Shown: positions 1-6,888, counted from the first letter of the stretch. The stretch: DNA of 21,326 nucleotides from Trueperaceae bacterium (GCA_040905465.1 JBBDRK010000033.1:20249-41574); one strand, 5' to 3'. Notes: a model not told the origin generated them from the letters alone. Program-made: numbers and translations.

Positions 1-55
1 CGATCAGGCCTCGGCCGCGCTGAACTGGGCCGATCAGGTCTCGGCCGCGCTGAAC
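1..55. repeat. Direct repeat, 25 bp x2 (30-bp period), duplicating the 3' end and stop codon of the adjacent minus-strand gene
   Basis: 1-25 CGATCAGGCCTCGGCCGCGCTGAAC vs 31-55 CGATCAGGTCTCGGCCGCGCTGAAC (24/25 identical); may continue past the window edge. Confidence 0.85.
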
Positions 56-636
56 ACGTCGCAGAACCAGGCTCCGGCGTAGCGCAGGACGTCGTAGGTT
101 GCGCCGGAGCGCGCGTTCACATGGCTGGCCGCCCAGGCTTCGGCCTGTGCCTCGTCGGCAAACGGTCCGACCATCGTGTCCCGGCCCGACCAGGACTCGG
201 GTTCGGTGGGCAGCGCCAGCTCCCTGCGCGTGCCCGAGCGGTCCTGTACCACACGAAAGTAACCGAATCGCCGGCGCGCCTCCTCTTCGACGACCGCCGC
301 CAGCAGGTCGTCCAGTCGCTGCAACTGGCTCCGGTCCGGTCCCGGAAACGCCATTATCAGGATCCCGTCCTGCACCTCGGCCTCGAAGAGGTGCTGATCG
401 CCGAGGGCGACCTGCAGCGGTCCCTCGGCCAGCCCTCTCAGTTCGGCGTCCGTCCGCAACACCGGTACCGAACAGATCATGCGGTAGGTCTGGGGGTCGT
501 CGCTGCGCAGCGCCGCCAGATCGAAGCCGGCCTCGCGTGCCCTGCGGATTGCCGCCCGGGAGGGCGTGTGGTGTGAGAGGCGGCGATCGTCGTTCGGTTC
601 GACGTCGCGCCGGCTGCCTTCGCTTTCGTCGCTCAT
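34..636 (-). CDS. Hypothetical protein (200 aa)
   Basis: ATG at 636 preceded by a strong SD (GAGGAGGAGA on the minus strand); host-like codon usage. The 40-aa extension to 756 in the ORF track runs through a tandem repeat and is unlikely to be real. Confidence 0.75.
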   Translation of the reverse strand: MSDESEGSRRDVEPNDDRRLSHHTPSRAAIRRAREAGFDLAALRSDDPQTYRMICSVPVLRTDAELRGLAEGPLQVALGDQHLFEAEVQDGILIMAFPGPDRSQLQRLDDLLAAVVEEEARRRFGYFRVVQDRSGTRRELALPTEPESWSGRDTMVGPFADEAQAEAWAASHVNARSGATYDVLRYAGAWFCDVFSAAET

Positions 637-684
637 TCTCCTCCTCGAGACGGCCCGGAACACCCGGCGCGGCAAGGATCGCGT

Positions 685-745
685 CGAACCGGACCAGACG
701 AACCGGGCCAGCCGAACCGGACCAAGCGAACCGGACCAGCCGAAC
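685..745. repeat. Intergenic tandem repeat, 14-bp unit CGAACCGGACCAGC, 4 copies plus a partial fifth
   Basis: 685 CGAACCGGACCAGA, 699 CGAACCGGGCCAGC, 713 CGAACCGGACCAAG, 727 CGAACCGGACCAGC, 741 CGAAC. Confidence 0.9.
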
Positions 746-771
746 GGCCCACCCACCCGGAACGTCCAGGC

Positions 772-1968
772 TCAGGCCACCGGCGCCAGCGCCTCCTCGA
801 AAAGTGCCGGCAGATGCGGCTCGGACAGGACCCTCGCCAGGGCGTCCATCAGGCGCAGGTAGTGCTCCGGCCGGGCGTTCTCACCCATCAGCCCGAGGCG
901 CCAGATCCGGCCGGACAGCTCGCCTAGCCCGCCGGCCACGCTTATCCCATGATCGTAGCGCAGGCGCCGGCGTACCTCTTCGTCGGCCAGACCTGTCGGC
1001 ACAGTCAGGGCGAGCACCGTGGCCAGCCGGTGCTCGACGGCAACCAGCGGCCGGAAGCCGATGCTGGCGAGAGCCCGCTCGGTGGCGGCGGCCAGGAGAG
1101 CCGCGCGCCGCGCCCGCGCCTCGGCGCCTTCGTCGAGAGCGGCCCGTACCGCCTCTCCCGTAGCCCAGTGCAACTGCACCGGAACCGTATGGTGGTAGCT
1201 ACGCCCACCCTCGCCGTTCTCCCAGTAGCTCCGCATTCCCAGTGCGTCGCTGTACCAGCTCGCCACCGGAGTTCGCCGCGCCTCGATCGCTGCCATGGCC
1301 CGGGCACTGAACGCCACAGGCGCCAGTCCGGGAGGTGCGGACAGGCACTTCTGCGAGCCTGTGTAGGCGTAGTCGATGCCCCAGTCGGTCATCGCGAATG
1401 GGAGCATTCCGACGGTAGTCACTGCGTCTACCGCGAAAAGGGCCCCGGTTTCGCGCGCCACGGCCCCGAGTGCCGGTACCGGATTCATGACCCCGCTGCT
1501 GGTCTCGCCGTGCACCACGGCGAGCAGTTTAGGCCGAAACCTCTCGGCCTCGGCGCGCACGCGCTCGATGTCCACCGGCTCGCCCAGAGAAAAGCTAACG
1601 AGTCCCACGGCCGCGCCTTGACGCCTGGCCATCTCTGCCATGCGGTCTCCAAAGACGCCGTTGGACACTACCAGAACCCGCTCACCAGGCTCGAGCAGGT
1701 TCATGAATCCGGCCTCCATCGCCAACGAGCCGGTGCCCGACAGGAGCGCAGCGAAGGCGCCAGGGCCACTTCCGTACAGCTCGTGCAGGCTCGCTACGAT
1801 GCCGTCGTTGTAGGCGAATACGTCCGGATCCATATGGCCGCGCACGGGCCAGTGCAGCGCCGCCAGGGCTCGCGGGTGAAGCGGTGTCGGACCCGGCGTC
1901 AGAAGCAGTACGTCGTCGCTTTGCTCCGGCCTCGGATGCCCGGGCCCTGGGCTGTGGTTGGCGCTCAT
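772..1968 (-). CDS. PLP-dependent class V aminotransferase (alanine-glyoxylate / serine-pyruvate aminotransferase family), 398 aa
   Basis: Motifs [37 protein letters not shown] (PLP lysine), YHHT, WRLGLMG; start placed at the ATG at 1968 (MSANH), downstream of the leader terminator. Confidence 0.9.
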   Translation of the reverse strand: MSANHSPGPGHPRPEQSDDVLLLTPGPTPLHPRALAALHWPVRGHMDPDVFAYNDGIVASLHELYGSGPGAFAALLSGTGSLAMEAGFMNLLEPGERVLVVSNGVFGDRMAEMARRQGAAVGLVSFSLGEPVDIERVRAEAERFRPKLLAVVHGETSSGVMNPVPALGAVARETGALFAVDAVTTVGMLPFAMTDWGIDYAYTGSQKCLSAPPGLAPVAFSARAMAAIEARRTPVASWYSDALGMRSYWENGEGGRSYHHTVPVQLHWATGEAVRAALDEGAEARARRAALLAAATERALASIGFRPLVAVEHRLATVLALTVPTGLADEEVRRRLRYDHGISVAGGLGELSGRIWRLGLMGENARPEHYLRLMDALARVLSEPHLPALFEEALAPVA

Positions 1969-2014
1969 CTGGGTCTCTTTTCCCGGCCACCGTTTCCCGG
2001 CAGCGCGGCTCAAC

Positions 2015-2043
2015 AAAAAACGACCACGCCGAAGGCGGGTCAT
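2015..2043 (-). terminator. Intrinsic terminator in the 5' leader of the aminotransferase (attenuator)
   Basis: Minus strand AUGACC-CGCC-UUC-GGCG-U-GGUCGU followed by a U-tract, about 46 nt before the ATG at 1968. Confidence 0.75.
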
Positions 2044-2077
2044 CGAACGGTGGCGGGTGCCGGTGAGGCTCCGCCGG

Positions 2078-2107
2078 TCAGGAAGCTCGAGCGACTGATG
2101 GAAGCAT
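2078..2107 (-). CDS. Putative leaderless leader peptide MLPSVARAS
   Basis: ATG 7 nt after the TAAACT -10 box; ATG CTT CCA TCA GTC GCT CGA GCT TCC TGA; immediately upstream of alternative hairpins and a terminator. Confidence 0.4.
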   Translation of the reverse strand: MLPSVARAS

Positions 2108-2114
2108 GCCAGGG

Positions 2115-2143
2115 AGTTTACCGGAGCCCCGACGAGCTGTAAA
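2115..2143 (-). promoter_or_regulatory. Sigma70-type promoter for the aminotransferase leader
   Basis: Minus strand TTTACA (2143-2138) - 17 bp - TAAACT (2120-2115), with an AT-rich tract just upstream. Confidence 0.65.
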
Positions 2144-2200
2144 GTTGAAAAGTTGGCATGCCTGGTGGCCAAAGCCGCTGGCACGTGTGTCCACACCCGC

Positions 2201-2230
2201 TTGTGAGCACGGCGAGGGTCTTGCTATAAT
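2201..2230 (+). promoter_or_regulatory. Sigma70-type promoter of the rimP-nusA-infB operon
   Basis: TTGTGA (2201-2206) - 18 bp - perfect TATAAT (2225-2230) with an extended -10 TG. Confidence 0.7.
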
Positions 2231-2284
2231 CCGTTCGGTAAATCCCGACGCCCTGTTGCTGCGCATCAGGACACGACCGTATTC

Positions 2285-2314
2285 GGGTGGGTGCCTGGGG
2301 ACCCACCTTATTTT
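2285..2314 (+). terminator. rimP-leader attenuator hairpin
   Basis: GGTGGGT (2286-2292) / ACCCACC (2301-2307) stem followed by TTATTTT, between the promoter and the rimP start; fits the widely conserved rimP leader terminator. Confidence 0.7.
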
Positions 2315-2350
2315 GTTGTCACGGTTAGGAGATTGGGAGCAGGAGGTGCA

Positions 2351-2794
2351 ATGGATTTGGAGCAAGCAGCCAACGATGTCTTGGCGCCGCTCGGTTTCGA
2401 GGTCCTGGAGTTGACCATCAGCTCGAAGGGCAGCGGAAAGCGGCTGCTTTTGCGCATCGACAGGCTCGACGAGGGGATCGTTTCGGTAGACGATGTCGCG
2501 GTGGCGTCCGAGGCCTTTGGCCTCGAGCTGGACCGCCTCGACCCGTTCGATCGCCCATATGCTCTGGAGGTCGAGTCACCCGGTCCGCAGCGGCCGCTGA
2601 CCCGGCCCCGCCATTTCCAGCGCTTTCACGACCTGCTGGCCAAGGTCAGGGTCGGTAGCGAGGCGTTTACCGGCCGTATACGCAAGGTGGAGGATGACAC
2701 CATCACCTTCGAGGTCGACAAGAACGAACGGACGGTCCGCGTCGGCGAGCTCACCAGTGCCCGCCTCGCGGAATGGCCCGACCAACCCCGGTAG
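2351..2794 (+). CDS. rimP: Ribosome maturation factor RimP (147 aa)
   Basis: SD AGGAGG at 2341-2346 before the ATG at 2351; motifs LRIDR, YALEVESPGPQRPL; directly upstream of nusA. Confidence 0.93.
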   Translation: MDLEQAANDVLAPLGFEVLELTISSKGSGKRLLLRIDRLDEGIVSVDDVAVASEAFGLELDRLDPFDRPYALEVESPGPQRPLTRPRHFQRFHDLLAKVRVGSEAFTGRIRKVEDDTITFEVDKNERTVRVGELTSARLAEWPDQPR

Positions 2795-2892
2795 CTCGAG
2801 ACGGAGGGGCGATCGCGCCGACCCCACCCGCAGCCGTCCGCATCCTGGACGGCAACGCAAATACGGCGCGCACAACCGAATAGGGAGAAGGT

Positions 2893-4302
2893 ATGAACAA
2901 AGATTTCATGGATGCGTTGAACCAGCTCGCGGCCGAGCGGAACCTCGACCGGGACCAGCTGCTCACCTCGTTCGAGGAGTCGCTCGAACAGGCTTTCGAG
3001 CGCAACATCGAGCCGGGAAAACAGATCGAAGTTACGCTCGACCCGGAAACCGGCGAAATGGAAGTGCTGGTAGTCCGGCGGGTGGTCGAGGAGATCGAGG
3101 ACCCCGACAAGGAGATCAAGCTCGAGGAAGCACTGGAGCTCGATGACACCGTCGAGGTGGGGATGGAGATGGAGTTCCCCGTCGATCCCGACAAGTTCAC
3201 TCGGATCGCGGTACAGACGACCAAACAGGTGATCACCCAGAAGATCCGCGAGGCGGAGCGAGCGATCGTTTTCGAGGAGTACAAGGACCGCGCCGGCGAC
3301 GTGCTCACTGCCGTTGTCTCCCGGACCGACAACAAGCGCAACGTATTTGTCGATCTGGGCCGGGGCGAAGCTATCATGCCGCCCAAGGAGCAGATCCAGG
3401 GCGAGCGCTACATGGTCGGCATGCGGGTGAAGGTGTATGTCGCCAAGGTCGAGCTCTCGAGTCGTGGCCCGTCGATCCTGGTATCGCGGGCGGCTCCGCA
3501 ACTGCTGGAGTTCCTCATGCGTCAGGAGATCCCCGAGGTCGCGGACGGCACCGTCGAGATCAAGGCCGTCGCGCGCGAAGCGGGTCAGCGTTCGAAGGTG
3601 GCTGTCACCAGCACCAACCCCAACGTAGACCCGATCGGCGCATGTATCGGCCACCGCGGTTCACGAATCCAGTCGGTAACCGGTGAGTTGCAGCGCGAAC
3701 GCGTTGACATAATCATGTGGGACTCCGTCCCGCGCGAGTTCATCCGCAATGCGCTGTCCCCCGCCAAGGTGGGGACTATCGAGCTCGACGCCGACGCCGA
3801 GGAGGCGAAGGTGCTCGTAGCCAGCGACCAGCTTTCGCTGGCAATCGGCAAGGGTGGCCAGAACGTCCGCCTGGCGGCAAAACTTACCGGCTTCAAGATC
3901 GACCTCGTCCCCTCGGAGACGGTCAGCGATCTCGACGCGGCACTCCAGGCGGTGGCGTCACGCGGCACCGACATCGGCACCACCAGCGACACCAAGCGTG
4001 CGGCGTTCGACGCGCTGTTCAGCGCCAGCCCGGACGATGACGAAAACGCCGGAGCCGACGCTGCCGCGGCCGCGGCCGCAACCACTTCCGACGTCACGGC
4101 GGAAGAGGACGCCACGGGAAGTGCCAAGGAAGGTGCCGCGGCGAGCGCCACCGACGGCACCACCGACGATGCCACCGCGGGCTCGACGGCGGAAACGGCA
4201 GACGAGACGACCTCGGAAAATGGCGACGCAGAAACGACCACGGCGTCGACCGCCGCAGAATCCGATGAAAACCGCGAGAGCTCCCGGGAGGGCGGCTCCT
4301 GA
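2893..4302 (+). CDS. nusA: Transcription termination/antitermination factor NusA with a long acidic low-complexity C-terminal tail
   Basis: Motifs RIAVQTTKQVI, EIPEVADG, REAGQRSKVAV, DPIGACIG, QLSLAIGKGGQNVRLAAKLTG (S1/KH domains). Confidence 0.97.
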   Translation: MNKDFMDALNQLAAERNLDRDQLLTSFEESLEQAFERNIEPGKQIEVTLDPETGEMEVLVVRRVVEEIEDPDKEIKLEEALELDDTVEVGMEMEFPVDPDKFTRIAVQTTKQVITQKIREAERAIVFEEYKDRAGDVLTAVVSRTDNKRNVFVDLGRGEAIMPPKEQIQGERYMVGMRVKVYVAKVELSSRGPSILVSRAAPQLLEFLMRQEIPEVADGTVEIKAVAREAGQRSKVAVTSTNPNVDPIGACIGHRGSRIQSVTGELQRERVDIIMWDSVPREFIRNALSPAKVGTIELDADAEEAKVLVASDQLSLAIGKGGQNVRLAAKLTGFKIDLVPSETVSDLDAALQAVASRGTDIGTTSDTKRAAFDALFSASPDDDENAGADAAAAAAATTSDVTAEEDATGSAKEGAAASATDGTTDDATAGSTAETADETTSENGDAETTTASTAAESDENRESSREGGS

Positions 4303-4304
4303 TC

Positions 4305-4673
4305 GTGAGCGCCGGCCGTTCCCGTCACGTGCCCCTGCGCCGCTGCGCAGTCTGCCGCAGTTCGCTGCCGCAGTCGCAGCTGATCAGGTTCGCGCGCGGC
4401 GAGAACGGGGACTGGCGGATAGACCGTGATCGACGAGCGGGCGGTCGCGGTATGTGGGTCTGCACCGAAGCGCGCTGTCATGAGCGAAAGGCGCTCGGCC
4501 GGCCGTTTCGGGCCCAGGCGGCGGAGATGGCCGAGCAGTTGGCTTCGCTGGCCCCGGCGCAAGGCGAGAGCGCTGACGGCGGCGGTTCTGCTCGAGAACG
4601 TGCGGACCAGGAACATGCGGATCAGGAACATGTAGATAAGAAAGCGTCCCAGGACGGAGGGCTCGATGTCTGA
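4305..4673 (+). CDS. ylxR: YlxR/DUF448 family RNA-binding protein
   Basis: HVPLRRCAVCR, LIRF, GGRGMWVC; canonical position between nusA and infB; GTG start. Confidence 0.88.
   Translation: MSAGRSRHVPLRRCAVCRSSLPQSQLIRFARGENGDWRIDRDRRAGGRGMWVCTEARCHERKALGRPFRAQAAEMAEQLASLAPAQGESADGGGSARERADQEHADQEHVDKKASQDGGLDV
4596..4640 (+). repeat. In-frame 15-bp tandem repeat x3 (ERADQ-EHADQ-EHVDK) in the YlxR tail
   Basis: GAACGTGCGGACCAG / GAACATGCGGATCAG / GAACATGTAGATAAG. Confidence 0.8.
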
Positions 4674-6498
4674 AAAAGTACGTATCTATCAACTGGCCAA
4701 GGATCTAGGCCTGGAATCGAAGCAGCTGCTCGCCATCCTCGACGAGATGGGCGTGGAGTACAAGTCCCACTCGAGCACATTGGAAACCGAGACAGCCGAC
4801 ACGATACGGCAGCTAATCGCCGACCAGGGCGGCGCCCCCGAAGCGGAAGCGTCCGTCGAGGCCGCCAAAGCCGCCGAGAGCAAGGCGGCCGAGTCGGCGC
4901 GATCGACGACCAAAGGCGCCAGCGCACAAGCGGTAGCCGAGCGCCCCGCTGCGGGCACGGCCAAGAAGACCGCTCCCAGCGAGCCGGCAGCGCCCGTGCG
5001 CGCGCCGGTGGTGACCATAATGGGTCACGTCGACCACGGCAAGACAACACTGCTCGACCACATCCGCAAGACGCAGGTGGCGGAGCGGGAGGCCGGCGGC
5101 ATCACCCAGCACATCGGCGCCTACCAGGCTGAAACGCCGCAGGGACTCATTACCTTCCTCGACACACCCGGTCACGAGGCGTTCACCTCGATCCGCCAGC
5201 GCGGCGCCAGTGCTACCGACATCGCCATCATCGTCGTAGCCGCCGACGACAGCATCATGCCGCAGACCCGCGAGGCCATCGCCCACGCCAAGGCTGCGGG
5301 CGTACCGATCATCGTGGCTATCAACAAGATCGACCTTCCCCAGGCCAACCCGGACAAGGTAAAGCAGGACCTGATGCGCCTCGAGCTCGTCCCCGAAGAG
5401 TTCGGGGGCGACACGATCGTGGTGCCGATCAGTGCCATCACCGGCGCCGGCGTCGAAGATCTGCTGGAAATGATCAGCCTGGTCGCCGAGGTCGAAGACC
5501 TGCGTGCATCGGCGGATGGTCCGGCTCGCGGCGTCGTGATCGAATCGATCCTCGACAAGCGCGCCGGAGTTCTCGCCACCGTGCTCATCCAGCAGGGCAC
5601 CTTGCGGATAGCCGATTACGTGGTGTGCGGCGAAGCGTGGGCAAAGATCAGGCGGCTGACGGACTATTCCGGTAAGGCGGTCGAACACGCCGGACCGTCG
5701 GTGCCGGTCCAGATCCTGGGTTTCTCGCAGCAGCCGCAGGCAGGGCAGGCCGTCGAGTCGGTTCCCGACGAGCAGACCGCCAAGCAGCTTACCAGCGAGA
5801 TCAAGGGACGGCGCCAGGAGGAGGAGCGCGACCTCATCGGCAAGAAGAACCTGACGCTCGCCGACCTGTTCGCCAAGAGCCGCGCCACCACCATCAATCT
5901 GATCCTCCGCGCCGACACGCAAGGCTCGCTCGAGGCCATCAAGGGCGTGCTGGCAAAGGAGTCCGAGGTCACCGAGGAGGTCGACCTCAACCTGATGCTG
6001 GCGGAAGTGGGGGCTCCCACCGATTCCGACCTGCTGCTCGCCTCTACCGCGAACGCCACCGTGTTCACCTTCGGGGTAAACCCGGCTGGCTCTATTATCA
6101 AGGCGGCCGAGCGCCAGGGAATCACGCTCAAGAGCTACAAGATTATCTACGAATTGATCGAAGACGTTCAGCGGATGATCCGCGGTCAGATCGAACCGGA
6201 GTACGCGGAGCGAGTGATCGGCCACGCCGAGGTGCGCCAGGTCATCAAGGTTCCTCGCAGCGGCAACATCGCCGGTTCGTATGTCACCGACGGAGTCATC
6301 AGGCGAAACGCCAAGGCGCGGGTGTCGCGCGGCGGTCGTGAGGTGTACAAGGGCTCGATTTCCCAGATACGCCGCTTCAAGGACGACGTGCGTGAGGTCG
6401 CCCAAGGTTTCGAGTGCGGCATCAACCTGCAGAACTACGAGAACGTTCAGGAAGGCGACATCATCGAGGCGTACGAGATGGTGGAGGTGCCGGTCTGA
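4666..6498 (+). CDS. infB: Translation initiation factor IF-2 (610 aa)
   Basis: IF2_N domain (VRIYQLAKDLG), GHVDHGKTTLLD, GGITQHIGAY, DTPGHEAF, NKID, C-terminal RFKDDVREV..GFECGI. Confidence 0.98.
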   Translation: MSEKVRIYQLAKDLGLESKQLLAILDEMGVEYKSHSSTLETETADTIRQLIADQGGAPEAEASVEAAKAAESKAAESARSTTKGASAQAVAERPAAGTAKKTAPSEPAAPVRAPVVTIMGHVDHGKTTLLDHIRKTQVAEREAGGITQHIGAYQAETPQGLITFLDTPGHEAFTSIRQRGASATDIAIIVVAADDSIMPQTREAIAHAKAAGVPIIVAINKIDLPQANPDKVKQDLMRLELVPEEFGGDTIVVPISAITGAGVEDLLEMISLVAEVEDLRASADGPARGVVIESILDKRAGVLATVLIQQGTLRIADYVVCGEAWAKIRRLTDYSGKAVEHAGPSVPVQILGFSQQPQAGQAVESVPDEQTAKQLTSEIKGRRQEEERDLIGKKNLTLADLFAKSRATTINLILRADTQGSLEAIKGVLAKESEVTEEVDLNLMLAEVGAPTDSDLLLASTANATVFTFGVNPAGSIIKAAERQGITLKSYKIIYELIEDVQRMIRGQIEPEYAERVIGHAEVRQVIKVPRSGNIAGSYVTDGVIRRNAKARVSRGGREVYKGSISQIRRFKDDVREVAQGFECGINLQNYENVQEGDIIEAYEMVEVPV

Positions 6499-6833
6499 CC
6501 TCGCCTGCCCCGCGACTAAAACGGCGCCCCTTCCTGCTGGCCGCCACGCTGGTGGCCGCAACGCTGTTCCAATGGCTCTCCGGCGGCCTGTCGTCGGATT
6601 CGGGAGCACTCGGCATGGGCGTGCCGGTACCCCTGAGCTGGGAAGCGGCGGCGCCGGGTCTCGGCTCGGGTAACGCGGGCGGCTGGCGGTCGGACCCCGG
6701 CATCGAGCGGGTAGATTCGCTGCTCTCGGGTGGCGGCTTCCCCCTGAAGTCGCCCTCCCTGCCGCTGGCGCCCTCGATAGATCTGCGCACCCTGTTCCTG
6801 CTGTGGGGCCGGCTCCAGTTGGAAGGCGGCTGA
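6495..6833 (+). CDS. Small exported or membrane-targeted protein upstream of secDF (about 112 aa); candidate secretion-monitor arrest peptide
   Basis: Open frame fills the infB-secDF gap; SD GGAGGT (6483-6488) 6 nt before a CTG (6495) that overlaps the infB TGA; basic n-region (RLKRR), hydrophobic segment (PFLLAATLVAATLFQWL), Gly/Ser/Pro-rich linker, C-terminus LFLLWGRLQLEGG. Confidence 0.65.
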   Translation: MTSPAPRLKRRPFLLAATLVAATLFQWLSGGLSSDSGALGMGVPVPLSWEAAAPGLGSGNAGGWRSDPGIERVDSLLSGGGFPLKSPSLPLAPSIDLRTLFLLWGRLQLEGG

Positions 6834-6888
6834 GGACACCTCTATCCGCTGACCTTCTAACCTCGAGTGTGAACTATCAGGAGAACAG

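Noticed and set aside
685-745. Possible CRISPR array
   Set aside because: Units are only 14 bp and contiguous, with no spacers and no cas genes.
99-1163. 354-aa Arg/Pro-rich plus-strand ORF
   Set aside because: Composition typical of an off-frame GC-rich read; overlaps two better-supported minus-strand genes.
1969-2196. 76-aa N-terminal extension of the aminotransferase in the ORF track
   Set aside because: Runs through the predicted promoter and terminator; family similarity starts near LLLTPGP.
2053-2200. Larger structured RNA (GCGGGTG/CACCCGC ends, GGGGCTCCG/CGGAGCCTC stem, possible pseudoknot) considered as 6S, SRP, tmRNA, Y RNA or ribozyme
   Set aside because: No diagnostic motifs, G-U pairs do not favour one strand, and a good promoter lies in the middle of it; the shorter leader model explains the region better.
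6414-6494. ORF-track start for the small ORF inside infB
   Set aside because: Would overlap infB by 85 nt with an off-frame-like peptide; the SD and CTG at the infB stop fit better.
4813-6609. Long antisense ORFs (598 aa opposite infB; also 2626-3654, 949-2142, 12009-12965, 14417-15550, 18197-18943)
   Set aside because: Shadow frames of well-supported GC-rich genes, with no recognisable motifs.
6499-6888. Expected rbfA/truB downstream of infB
   Set aside because: No RbfA or TruB motifs in any listed frame; their absence here is not evidence of loss from the genome.
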